From positions 1 through 64,000 of the forward strand of contig JAYVNY010000057.1 in the NCBI GenBank assembly GCA_043758205.1: a stretch of 64,000 bases of DNA. Direction: 5' to 3'. Each line of letters starts with the position of its first letter. Position 1 is the stretch's first letter. This document shows positions 27,901 to 36,483 of the stretch, one piece after another. The position numbers were made by a program, and so were the translations under genes. This stretch comes from Akkermansia sp. Its GTDB lineage: Bacteria > Verrucomicrobiota > Verrucomicrobiia > Limisphaerales > SIBH01. A model generated the notes under the pieces. The model did not search any database. It worked only from the letters and a program-made list of their open reading frames with translations, and was not told the DNA's origin.

Positions 27901-30280
27901 TCGTCTTTAACACGCGCTCTGCCGCCGTCATCAGCGCGCCGGCCTTGCGATTGCGCTGCTCGATTAACGCGACCTTGCGCTGCTCGAACGCCTCGTAAAT
28001 CGAAGTGCGCTTCTCGGAGAGCGGCACGGTGTATTCCTCGAAGTCCGCGAACGCGCCCTCCAGTTCCTCGATCTGAACGCTGATGCGATTGACGTACTCC
28101 TCGCACTTGGCCGGCGAATCGCAGAGGTCGAGGTAGCTCGAGGCCGACTGGCTCAGGAGCTTCATCTGCGCGTTGAACTGCGCCGCGCCTTCCGTCGCGA
28201 CCAGGCTTTGCAGGCGCTTCTTCACCGCCGCCTTCACCTGGTTCAACGTGGAGTAAATGCCCGTGATGCCATCAATGATGCGCGTGGTCTCGGTCGCGTC
28301 CTCGATTTGGAGACCATTGACGATCTCGATCAACATCTCGAGTTCCACGCCGGTGTCGGCGGCGGCCTTCTCAATCTTTTTGCCCTCGGTGGACTTGGAA
28401 ACTTTCTCGACCGAAGCCAACTGCTCGTCCGCCTGCTTCCGGTAGAGATCGAGCGCGGTCGGTTCGAGCAGGAACTTCACGCACCCCTTCGAGAGCGTGT
28501 CCGACTCGGCGGTGACGTGCTTCTCCAGTTCATCAAGCTGCGCGACGTTGACGTAGCGCACTTCCTTGACCGTGATGATCTCGCCGCGCAACTGGCGCAG
28601 CGCCGCGAGATTGCGCACAAAATCATCCAGCGTCTTGAAGCTCGCGCGGCGCACCGTGCGGAAGCGTTCTTCGCAACGCTGCTTCAAATCCCCGACACGC
28701 TGCACGGCCTCGCGCTGGAGACGGCGCACCTTGTCAAATTCGTCCACCGCCTTGTCCGCGACTTCGCGCAACTGCCGGAGCGCGGCGTCAATCTGCAACC
28801 CATCGGGCGTGGTCAACCACGGGAAGGTGTCGAGGATCGCGCCGCTGCGCTTGACCAGATCGGCGTAGAGTTCGGCGTAAGGATTTTCTTTGCCGAGCAG
28901 CGTCAGCACTTCGTTGGCTTCGGCCAGCGCACGCACGACTTCCTTGTTGCCAACTTGATAAAGAAACGTGTCGCGCTGCCCCGCCGGTTCGTGGCCGGGC
29001 TGATAGAACGGCGTCTGCCGCAACTGAATCGAGTGATGTTTCTGCGGTTCGTCATCTGCCCGGAAGAGCAACAGGTGGCCGTCAGGGAACAGCGAGAAGC
29101 CATTGCAAGTGATGCGCTCGTCCACCTTCTGTTGAATCAGCCGGTAGGGCATCAGCACGTATTGCCCACTCTCGTAGTTGTAGAAAACAAAGAGCGTGTC
29201 CTCGCCGTTGGGCGAATTCACCACGCGCTCGATGGTCATCCCCAGTTCGCGGCTCTCGAACTGTTTCAACTCGCCCGTCGCGAGATAATAGCCGTCGGGG
29301 AAAATCAGTCCGTGGTCTTCCGGCAGCAGCACGCACGATTGCCCGAGCGAGTCCACGCGCTGCGCGGTCTGCAACTTCTCGTTGTAGATGAAGTAGCGGC
29401 TGGCGGTTTCCTTGTAGGGCCGGATGCGGAGCAGAATCAGATGACCGATCAGCGCGTAGGCGATTTCCGCGTCATCAACCTTCTGAAACTTGTCATCCAC
29501 CGGCTCGGCGTGAATGCCTTCGCCGGTCTTGGTGTTGTCCTCGATCTTGATCGTCAGGTCGCCGCCCACGCACTCGACGAACACGCGGTCCTCAATCGAG
29601 ACGTGCGGATGATTGCCATAGCGGAACGACTCGCGCGACGGCGTGAGCCAGCGGAATTCATACTGCGGCGGAAAACCCACGCGGCGGAAATCCGTCTCCG
29701 CACGTCCATCGAGATAGCGCAGTTGCCCGCCTTGAAACGCCCACTTGACCACCGCGATGTCGTTCGCGCCCGCGCCGATCTGGAAGACCATGTAGAGGTT
29801 GCCCTCGATCAGCGAAAACTTGCTGAACACCGCGCGGTCATAGACCTGATAGAGCCGTTTGAAGTCGGTGAGGAACTGCTTCTGCTGGAGGACGTCCAGC
29901 GTGCTTTCCTTGAACGCGCCGTCCGCCTCGTCGCGGTGATAAATGGCGAAGACGTCTTCGAGTTTGATTTCCTGCTTCAGTCCAAACTGCACGTTGAAGC
30001 CGAAAAGGAAACGCCCGCGCCCAAGCTGGACCATGTCGCGCGGCATGCAGTTGTGGACGGTGGTGACGCGATCCGATTGCAGCAACTTGAACTCGACGTT
30101 GCCGAACACTTCCTGTCGTCGCGCGTTGAGTTGGTTCACGCGCTCGCGCAACACCGTGGCCTGCGCCTGCAACCGCTGGCGGATGATCTCGTAGGTCGCG
30201 CTGCCGAGCGTGGACGCGGCGGTGGGTGTCGCGGCCGCTTCCGGCGCGGGCGTCGCAGGAGTTGTGGGCGCGTCAGCCAT
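24980..30280 (-). CDS. Giant (~1767 aa from Met at 30278-30280; ORF extends to 30370) uncharacterised protein: N-terminal beta-rich region, long coiled-coil/helical regions, MoxR/AAA_5-like ATPase core near C-terminus
   Basis: Walker A ..LLLISPPGYGKTTLLEYVAVRL.., Walker B ..IMLCVDDIQHCN.., sensor/arginine region ..VVVVMAGNPYTESGQKFKIPDMLANRADTYNL.. (MoxR/AAA_5/McrB-like); N-terminal ..SPNGEDTLFVFYNYESGQYVLMPYRL.. beta repeats. Upstream portion of the ORF (30281-30370) overlaps an imperfect 24-bp inverted repeat so the MADAPTTPA start is preferred. Confidence 0.85.
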   Translation of the reverse strand: MADAPTTPATPAPEAAATPTAASTLGSATYEIIRQRLQAQATVLRERVNQLNARRQEVFGNVEFKLLQSDRVTTVHNCMPRDMVQLGRGRFLFGFNVQFGLKQEIKLEDVFAIYHRDEADGAFKESTLDVLQQKQFLTDFKRLYQVYDRAVFSKFSLIEGNLYMVFQIGAGANDIAVVKWAFQGGQLRYLDGRAETDFRRVGFPPQYEFRWLTPSRESFRYGNHPHVSIEDRVFVECVGGDLTIKIEDNTKTGEGIHAEPVDDKFQKVDDAEIAYALIGHLILLRIRPYKETASRYFIYNEKLQTAQRVDSLGQSCVLLPEDHGLIFPDGYYLATGELKQFESRELGMTIERVVNSPNGEDTLFVFYNYESGQYVLMPYRLIQQKVDERITCNGFSLFPDGHLLLFRADDEPQKHHSIQLRQTPFYQPGHEPAGQRDTFLYQVGNKEVVRALAEANEVLTLLGKENPYAELYADLVKRSGAILDTFPWLTTPDGLQIDAALRQLREVADKAVDEFDKVRRLQREAVQRVGDLKQRCEERFRTVRRASFKTLDDFVRNLAALRQLRGEIITVKEVRYVNVAQLDELEKHVTAESDTLSKGCVKFLLEPTALDLYRKQADEQLASVEKVSKSTEGKKIEKAAADTGVELEMLIEIVNGLQIEDATETTRIIDGITGIYSTLNQVKAAVKKRLQSLVATEGAAQFNAQMKLLSQSASSYLDLCDSPAKCEEYVNRISVQIEELEGAFADFEEYTVPLSEKRTSIYEAFEQRKVALIEQRNRKAGALMTAAERVLKTIQNRLAAFKTVEEINTYVASDLMIAKVRDTIGQLLALEDSVKADDLQGRLKSVHQDAVRQLKDRQELFVDGQSVIQLGRHKFNVNTQPLDLTVVMRDGVPNIHLTSTKYFEAITDEAFLATRAVWDQEAVSENAQVYRGEYLAHSILQLLESGQGKTIDDALALKDDALLALVLEFVATRYHEGYTKGLHDVDGARILRALLRTHAALHLARYQPSARALAAVFWVRFCPAEARTLWTAKLKGFSARNKLFPGDTAQQTYIVALQKLIAGFVEQTQLFPRELANEAGEYLFHELVSGDSFVVSKEGDNLATAFHQHLVVKSGEDEFNESLAPLAAHPESQFDLIRDWVRGFLLGRNGELQYLEEVTAILFCGDDLKRHVVPASTSETLAGMKGSHALIRESTYQFDYLDFRKRLLPFEKEVVPRFNQFHELKQQLLEKERKRLRLHEFKPRVLGSFVRNQLVDQLYLPLVGDNLAKQIGAAGDKKRTDLMGLLLLISPPGYGKTTLLEYVAVRLGIIFIKINGPALGHAVTSLDPQEAPNAAAREEVQKLNLALEMGDNIMLCVDDIQHCNPEFLQKFISLCDGQRKIEGQWRGQSRTYDLRGRKVVVVMAGNPYTESGQKFKIPDMLANRADTYNLGDMASGSAEWFKASYLENAVTSNAVLAPLANKSQKDVRGFIRLAAGGSRDQETFEGSYSQQEVEELLAVLKKLVKIRDVLLRVNQEYIYSAGQADEFRTEPPFRLQGSYRNMSRLTEKVVPIMNDAEVQALILDHYQNEAQTLTTGAEANLLKLREMLALLTPEEKTRWEEIKRTFKRNQLSRGGDQSNPMGQVVTQLSAFQQGLEGIQNALEKQLQQTPAPVVIDVTPLGKSFDALRSSIEEKVAHTPSGGGDPSQMRSLMHEMEMLHSTLATLKDLAAQQRDHLKSSQDLLQTRTQQGVVEIQLTQEMLTNERAFLEKFHEVLASTEQKPEAGK

Positions 30281-30575
30281 GCGGATGAAAACGTGGTCGT
30301 TCAGCCCGGAGGGCTGACAGAAAGTAGCCGGGGGTTGAGCGACAGCGATACCCCCGGTCGCCCCCAACAAACGGACGCGACCCTGAAGGGGTCGCAGAAA
30401 TCATGAAATCATGGCGCGCTTCTTGCACCCCTCCGGGGTGCATTCGATTTCCGTGCGCGGATCCGGGGGTGTCGCTGGCGCTCAACCCCCGGCTACTGTC
30501 TTGCAGCCCTTCAGGCTGCCGCGCAGCACACGTTTGTGCGCTTCTCTGGATTCGCGGCTTCATCGCGTTTCGCAA
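30281..30575 (-). promoter_or_regulatory. Hairpin-dense spacer between flotillin and giant AAA+ genes
   Basis: gcgaccc-tgaa-ggggtcgc (30378-30396), cacccc-tcc-ggggtg (~30426-30440), gcagcc-cttcag-ggctgc (~30505-30521), and 24-bp imperfect IR cagaaagtagccgggggttgagcg / cgctcaacccccggctactgtctg (~30317-30340 / ~30478-30501). Confidence 0.4.
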
Positions 30576-32744
30576 CTAGCGCTTCGCCTCAGTCGCAGAA
30601 ATCACCGTTGCCGCCGGCACGTTCGCCAGCCCGCGTTCGCGCACGGCATTCAACGCTGCCTTCATCATGCCTTGCACGGAACTGTCGTCCGTGGACGCGA
30701 TCAGTTTTCCGAGCAGCGCGGCCACCGTCAGGTTCTTCACGTCCTCGGATGAGATGCCGAAGTCGGCAATCCACTTGCGGAACTGGCTTTTGAAAAACTC
30801 CGAATCGCCGTTGAAGAACGTGTCCTTGATGTCCGTGAGCGTGGTGCTGTTCTGCACCATGCGGTCCACGGCTTTGCCCGTGCCGACGGCGCGCACGACC
30901 TTTTCGAAGAAATCGTTCTCGCCGCCCACGATATCAATGTGCGCGTGCTTGAGCGCCTCGCCGACGATGGTGGAGTTGGCTTGCGCAATGTCCCGCTGGA
31001 CATGAATGGCTGCGAGTTCCACATCGCGTTCCTTCGACAACCGAAGCTTGAACTCTTCGTGCTCCTTGCCGGCCTCGTGGAAAAGTTTCATGGCCTCGGC
31101 CTTCTGATGAATGGCTTTCGCTTCCGCCGCGCCGCGCGCTTCAATGCCGGTGGCGGCGGCGAGTTCCTTTTCCTTGGTGCCTTCGGCTTCAGCCTCGGCT
31201 TGCGTCTGCGTGTTGGTCGCGTTCACCGCGCCCTTGGCTTTGATGACCTCGGCTTCGGCCAGGCCCAATTCCTTCGTCGCCGACGCGTCCGCCTTGCGAG
31301 CAGTGGCTTTGGCGATGATGACTTTCGCTTCCGCGAGTCCGCGCGCGGATTCCATGGCGGCCAGTCCCTCGGCGTCTTGCTCGGAAGCATGGCGGCGCTT
31401 GTCGGAGGCCTTCGCTTCCGCGTCGGCCATCGTCTGCATCCGCTCGGCATCGCGCAACGCCGCCTCACGGTTCGCCTCGGCGGCGGTGATGATTTTGATC
31501 TTCTCCGCCTCGGCAATGTTCTTCTCAGATTCTTTCAACGCTTCCGAGGCCACCACGCGCTGAACCTGATCCTTCTTCGCGTTCATCTCGGCTTCGATCA
31601 AAGTCACTTCGCTCACGCGCGCCGCGGTCATGCGCGCTTCGATGTTGTTCTTCTCCTCCTGCTGTTGCACCACGGCCTTTTCTTCGGCGACGACCGTGGC
31701 GCGCTTGCGCTGCACCTCGACGCCCATTTCGGCCAGCTTGGTTTCCTTGTCCATTTCGGCGAGTGAAACGGTGCGCTCGCGACGCACGCGCGCTTCCTCG
31801 CCCTCCTGAATGGACTCCTGTTCGAGCCGCTGCTTTTCCTTCCGCACGGTAAACTCCCGCTCCTGCACCGCGCGATTCATGTCCTCGGTGCGCAGGCGGA
31901 TGGACTCCTCCGCTTCGAGCCGCTTGCCTTCCACTTCCTGCCGACGGCCTTCGATGACCTTGCGCGCCTCGGCCTCCTCGTTCGCCTTCACCTCGGTGAT
32001 GGCGCGCGTCTGCTTGGCGGTGTCCTCCTCGTTCCGGCGCTTCTGTTCGCGCTTGGCGATGTCGGCGTCGGCGTTTTCTTTTTCCACCAGCACTTGGGCG
32101 CGTTGTGAAAACTCGTTCGACAAAACGCGTTCCCGCTGGGTGATCTCGGTGATTTTCTTGATGCCTTCCGCGTCGAGTACGTTGCTCGGGTCGTGTTGGT
32201 CGAGCGGCGTCTGTTCGAGGTAATCAATCGCCACGTCCTGAAGAATGAAGCCGTCGAGGTCTTTGCCGATGGTCACCTGAATCTGTTCCCGGAACTTCGT
32301 GCGCTCCGTGAACAACTCGTGAAATTCCATCTGCTTGCCCGCCGTCTTCAGCGCCTCGGAAAACTTCGACTCGAACAGTTCGCGCAACTGGTTCATGTCC
32401 GACACGCGCTCCGAGCCGAGCATCTGCGCGACCCTGCGCACGCTCTCCGCCGTGGCATCCACGCGGATGTAAAACGCCACCGAGATGTCCGCGCGGATGT
32501 TGTCCTTGCACACGAGTCCGTCTTTTCCTTTGCGCGCGATTTCGAGTTTCTTCACCGAAATGTCCACCAACTCCATCGTCTGGAAAATCGGAATGCGCAG
32601 CATCCAGTCGAACGACACCCGGATGCCGCCGAGGCCGACGATGATGCCGGCCTTGCCCGGTTGAATCTTGCGGATGCACAGGACAAATACTGCCGCGAGA
32701 AAAAGCAGCGAGAGAACAACAACCGCGATGAGGACGTAAGGCAT
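30576..32744 (-). CDS. Flotillin-like SPFH/band-7 protein with long Glu/Ala/Lys-rich coiled coil and extended C-terminal domain
   Basis: 722 aa; N-terminal TM MPYVLIAVVVLSLLFLAAVFVLC; SPFH core ..VDISVKKLEIARKGKDGLVCKDNIRADISVAFYIRV..; EA-rich ..AEAEAEGTKEKELAAATGIEARGAAEAKAIHQKAEAMK.. typical of flotillins (FloT/YqiK). Confidence 0.85.
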   Translation of the reverse strand: MPYVLIAVVVLSLLFLAAVFVLCIRKIQPGKAGIIVGLGGIRVSFDWMLRIPIFQTMELVDISVKKLEIARKGKDGLVCKDNIRADISVAFYIRVDATAESVRRVAQMLGSERVSDMNQLRELFESKFSEALKTAGKQMEFHELFTERTKFREQIQVTIGKDLDGFILQDVAIDYLEQTPLDQHDPSNVLDAEGIKKITEITQRERVLSNEFSQRAQVLVEKENADADIAKREQKRRNEEDTAKQTRAITEVKANEEAEARKVIEGRRQEVEGKRLEAEESIRLRTEDMNRAVQEREFTVRKEKQRLEQESIQEGEEARVRRERTVSLAEMDKETKLAEMGVEVQRKRATVVAEEKAVVQQQEEKNNIEARMTAARVSEVTLIEAEMNAKKDQVQRVVASEALKESEKNIAEAEKIKIITAAEANREAALRDAERMQTMADAEAKASDKRRHASEQDAEGLAAMESARGLAEAKVIIAKATARKADASATKELGLAEAEVIKAKGAVNATNTQTQAEAEAEGTKEKELAAATGIEARGAAEAKAIHQKAEAMKLFHEAGKEHEEFKLRLSKERDVELAAIHVQRDIAQANSTIVGEALKHAHIDIVGGENDFFEKVVRAVGTGKAVDRMVQNSTTLTDIKDTFFNGDSEFFKSQFRKWIADFGISSEDVKNLTVAALLGKLIASTDDSSVQGMMKAALNAVRERGLANVPAATVISATEAKR

Positions 32745-32950
32745 AAGTGCGTTGGTTAAGGATTCACGTTTGGGCCGTCAGACTGAATGCTTGCTGGATT
32801 ATCAGGAAGGCAAAGAGGCGGCGAGTGGAATTCCGGTTTTGATTTTCAGCCGGGCGCGTGTTGGCACTGTGGCCGAAACCCGAGCCTGAGACGACGGGGC
32901 GCGGGCGTCCCACCCGCCGGGCGGCCAAGAGGGCCGCGCGGCCACGCCGA

Positions 32951-34381
32951 CTACAAAAACTTTGTCACCCCCGGCACGGCCACTTCGGATTTGGGCGGCG
33001 CGGCGTCCCAGTCGTAACGCTCGGGCGAGAGATTTTCTTTGGAATTCATGGCCTGCTCCCAGGTGATTTTCTGACCGGTGTAAGTCGCCATGCGGCCTTG
33101 GATCGCCATCAAGGTGCTGCGCGCCATGTAGTCGCCGTTGTTGATGAGTTTGCCGCTGCGGATGCTGGCGAAGAGTTCATCGTGCTCGGTCTGATAATGA
33201 TCTTTCTTGTCGCCCTCGTAACGCCACTTGCTGTCGCTGTGGATTTCCATGGAGCGCGTGCCGAACGTCGCCGCGCCTTTGCTGCCGGTGGCGTGGACGG
33301 AGATGTCGTTCACTCCGCCGCTCTGCTGGCGGCAGTAGGCGTGGAGCTTCACGCCGCTGGCGTATTCGTAAATGACCGAGTGGTGATCGTAGATGTTGCC
33401 GAACTCCGGCGCGGTGCGGACCTGACGCCCGCCGAGGCCCATCGCGCTCACGGGATATTCGTCGCGCATGATCCACGCGCACACGTCGAGCATGTGGACG
33501 TGCTGCTCGACGTTAAAGTCGCCCGAGAGCCAGGTGAAATAATACCAGTTGTGCATGTGCCACTGCATGTCCGTCCAGCCGGGCTGGCGCGGTTTGACCC
33601 AGATGGGGCCGCGAAAATCATTGGCCTGCAACGCCCGCACCTCACCGATTTCGCCGGCGTGAATGCGCCGGACCATTTCGCGATAGCCGAGGTCGTAGCG
33701 CAGCACGAGACCTGAAACCAAGGAGAGATTCTTCCGCTTCGCCTCCGCGCACGACGCGAGCACGGAGCGCACGCCCGGCGCGTCCACGGCCACGGGTTTC
33801 TCGGCGAAGACGTGTTTGCCCGCGTCAATCGCAGCCTTGAGATGCATGGGACGAAAGTGCGGCGGCGTGGCGAGGAGCACGACATCACTGGCGGCGATGA
33901 CTTTCTCGTACGCATCAAAGCCGACGAAGCGCCGGGACTCCGGCACCTCGATTTTTTCCGCGATGTCTTTCTGCTTCTGTAAAAGATCGAGGCTGCTCTC
34001 CAGCCGGTCTTTGAACGCATCGCCCAGTGCGACGAGTTTCACGTTCAGGTCACTGGCCAGCGCCTGCGCCGCCGCGCCGGTGCCGCGGCCGCCACAGCCA
34101 ATCAATCCCACGCGCAAGGTCTCGCCGGGAGAAACCTGCGCGAAGCTGCGACGCGCGATGAACGGCGCGGCCCCGGCCACCACGGCGGAGGATTTCAGAA
34201 ACGAGCGGCGTGATAGTCCCAAAGTAGTGGGACTGGCACCCTCGTCTGCGGAACTGCAAGCGGGGGCGCTTGCAGCACTCACGACAGGCGGGGGCGCCTG
34301 TCCCACTAACTTGGTCGCGCTCACGGCAGCTCCTTCACGTAAATGTTTTTGAACTGCACGAGCGCGGGCGGACTGGACCAC
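32951..34381 (-). CDS. Gfo/Idh/MocA-family NAD(P)-dependent oxidoreductase with twin-arginine signal
   Basis: ..LSRRSFLKSSAVVAGAA.. Tat motif; ..LRVGLIGCGGRGTGAAAQAL.. Rossmann; ..HVFAEKPVA..; start uncertain (overlaps DUF1080 gene by 60 nt if 34381 used). Confidence 0.8.
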   Translation of the reverse strand: MVQSARARAVQKHLREGAAVSATKLVGQAPPPVVSAASAPACSSADEGASPTTLGLSRRSFLKSSAVVAGAAPFIARRSFAQVSPGETLRVGLIGCGGRGTGAAAQALASDLNVKLVALGDAFKDRLESSLDLLQKQKDIAEKIEVPESRRFVGFDAYEKVIAASDVVLLATPPHFRPMHLKAAIDAGKHVFAEKPVAVDAPGVRSVLASCAEAKRKNLSLVSGLVLRYDLGYREMVRRIHAGEIGEVRALQANDFRGPIWVKPRQPGWTDMQWHMHNWYYFTWLSGDFNVEQHVHMLDVCAWIMRDEYPVSAMGLGGRQVRTAPEFGNIYDHHSVIYEYASGVKLHAYCRQQSGGVNDISVHATGSKGAATFGTRSMEIHSDSKWRYEGDKKDHYQTEHDELFASIRSGKLINNGDYMARSTLMAIQGRMATYTGQKITWEQAMNSKENLSPERYDWDAAPPKSEVAVPGVTKFL

Positions 34382-35079
34382 TGGCCGTTGCGTTTCGCGC
34401 CGTGATGTTGCAGCGCGAGTTTGCCGCGCGCGGGCAAATCGGAAAGCTGCGCGCCAGCGATCACCGTCTTGCCGTTCAACACGACCGTCACCGACTGGCC
34501 GCGCACCGTGATTTCAAACCGGTTCCACTCGCCGACGGGCTTGTCCGCCTGCGTGCGGGGCGTGACGGCGGCGCGCAGGGCAGGCGTGCGTGTCGCGTCC
34601 ATGCGCACGCCGTACATTTCGCCGGAGCCGATGGGCCAGCACCAGATGTTGACCTGGTGGGTGGCGGAGCCGCGCAGGAAAATCCCGGAGTCCGAGTCGG
34701 GCAGGGTGAATTTCATTTCCTTGCCCTTCACGTCGCGCGCGTGCGTGCCGTCAGGCAGGATGTAGGGGACGTTCGGGTTCAGGTAGGGCGTTTCCTTGAT
34801 GCGCCAGTCCACGCGCAGCACGAAGTCGCCGAACTCGCGCTCGCTCCACAAATCCTTTTCCGCCGCCTCGCTGGCCGCGTCGTAATCGATCACGCCGTCG
34901 AGAATTTTCCAATGGCCGTTGTCGCCTTCAGGGACTTTCCAGTTGGTGAAATCCTTGCCGTTGAACAGGGAGGTGAAACCGGCGGGCGGCTCGTTGTCCG
35001 CCGCGCGCAACGACGTGAGCGCGAGCCACGAGCCGAGCGAAATGAGCACAACGAGTCTGAAGGCGTTAGAAATTTTCAT
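34321..35079 (-). CDS. DUF1080 (3-keto-disaccharide hydrolase-like, concanavalin-like fold) secreted protein
   Basis: Start at MKISNAFRLVVLISLGSWLALTSLRAA (signal); ..GFTSLFNGKDFTNWKV.. DUF1080 hallmark. Confidence 0.8.
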   Translation of the reverse strand: MKISNAFRLVVLISLGSWLALTSLRAADNEPPAGFTSLFNGKDFTNWKVPEGDNGHWKILDGVIDYDAASEAAEKDLWSEREFGDFVLRVDWRIKETPYLNPNVPYILPDGTHARDVKGKEMKFTLPDSDSGIFLRGSATHQVNIWCWPIGSGEMYGVRMDATRTPALRAAVTPRTQADKPVGEWNRFEITVRGQSVTVVLNGKTVIAGAQLSDLPARGKLALQHHGAKRNGQWSSPPALVQFKNIYVKELP

Positions 35080-35217
35080 GGTGTGGGCGTGATGAGAGCC
35101 GATTCCGCCGCGCGGCGCAACAGCGGCGGTGAAGTGAATGGGGCCGACCCTCTGCTTTGGATTCGCCTGCCCCAATTCGTTTGCAAAAATTCCCATTCGA
35201 GCGGGAGCCCCGGCTTT

Positions 35218-36459
35218 TTATCCGCGAAACTTTGTGTCCATTCGCCACTCCAGCGCGCCGCGTGCGGCGTGCGTGCCGGTGGCGAAACAGCCCTGCATCA
35301 AATAGCCGCCGGTCGGCGCGTCCCAATCAATCATTTCGCCGGCGACAAAAATTCCCGGACACCGCCGGAGCATCAGCGCGGCGTTCAGTTCGCTCCAACG
35401 CACCCCGCCGGCGGAGGAGATGGCCTCGGCGATGGGGCGCGGGCCGCTGAGCCGGAGCGGGCAATTTTTCACGGTCCAGGCCAGCGACTCCGCGGAGGTG
35501 AAGGGTGCGAGGCCCGGCAAATTTTCCAAAATGGCGAACGCCGCGTTGCTCAGCTTCCAGCGCGAGCGCGCCTCGGCGAGAAAATCGCGCGGGCAGTTGC
35601 CCAGTTTCCTCACCAGTTGAGCGACCGTGTGGGCGGGCTTGAAATCAATGGTTATCTTCGGTTCCGCCATCGCGCGCAGCGCCGGACCGAGCTGGTAAAT
35701 CACGCCGCCTTCGAGTCCGTATTTCGTCACCAGCAGTTCGCCCACGGCCGTCGTTTCACCCGCGCGGGCCGTGATGTTTTTGAGTGGCTGGCCTTCCGCC
35801 GGCGTAAGCACGTTGGCGGGCCAGGAAATTTCCCAGCCGCAATTCGACGACCGCAAAGGAGCCACGGCCACGCCCAGTTTTTCCAATGTTGAAACCCAGC
35901 CGCCATCCGAACCCGTCTCCGGCCACGAGCCGCCGCCGAGCGCGAGGATGAGTGCGTCCGCTTCCACCGAGCGAGGCTCGCCCTCGACTTGGAAATCCAA
36001 CTGCCACTGCGCGCCCGGACACAGGCCCGTCCAGCGATGACGCAACGCAAACTTCACCCCGCCCTCGCGCAGCCGCTGCACCCAGCGGCGCAAGAGCGGC
36101 GCGGCCTTCATCTCGCGCGGATAAACGCGGCCGCTCGTCGCCGCGAATGTTTCCACGCCGAGTTCCGCCGCCCATTGCCGCAACGCGTCGGCATCGAATT
36201 CCGTGAGGAGCGTGGGCCAGAAATCCGGCGGCTGTTCCGTCCCGGTGTAGCGCTTGGCAAAATGTTCACGCGGCTCGGCGTGCGTCAGGTTCAGCCCGCT
36301 GCGACCGGCCACCAGAAATTTCCGCCCCACCGAGGGCTTGGCATCAAACAGCGTCACCGCGGCGCCGCCCGCCGCCGCCACTTCCGCCGCGCGCAGCCCC
36401 GCCGGCCCGCCGCCAATGATCGCGATGTTGATGCCGCAGCGAAACAGAGCCGCCCGCAC
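35218..36459 (-). CDS. HI0933/YhiN-family FAD-dependent flavoprotein (aminoacetone-oxidase-like)
   Basis: ..IAIIGGGPAGLRAAEVAAAGGAAVTLFDAKPSVGRKFLVAGRSGLNLTHAE.. and C-terminal ..GIFVAGEMIDWDAPTGGYLMQGCFATG.. Confidence 0.8.
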   Translation of the reverse strand: MRAALFRCGINIAIIGGGPAGLRAAEVAAAGGAAVTLFDAKPSVGRKFLVAGRSGLNLTHAEPREHFAKRYTGTEQPPDFWPTLLTEFDADALRQWAAELGVETFAATSGRVYPREMKAAPLLRRWVQRLREGGVKFALRHRWTGLCPGAQWQLDFQVEGEPRSVEADALILALGGGSWPETGSDGGWVSTLEKLGVAVAPLRSSNCGWEISWPANVLTPAEGQPLKNITARAGETTAVGELLVTKYGLEGGVIYQLGPALRAMAEPKITIDFKPAHTVAQLVRKLGNCPRDFLAEARSRWKLSNAAFAILENLPGLAPFTSAESLAWTVKNCPLRLSGPRPIAEAISSAGGVRWSELNAALMLRRCPGIFVAGEMIDWDAPTGGYLMQGCFATGTHAARGALEWRMDTKFRG

Positions 36460-36483
36460 GACGCAACGACGTTGGCCGCAACT

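Noticed and set aside
24707-30406. 722-aa and 732-aa plus-strand ORFs (24707..26875, 28208..30406)
   Set aside because: Antisense to the giant AAA+ gene; Arg/Leu/Ala-rich low complexity
30273-30575. 100-aa minus-strand ORF in flotillin/ATPase spacer
   Set aside because: Coincides with hairpin-rich region; Arg/Gly/Ser/Pro-rich, more likely structured non-coding RNA
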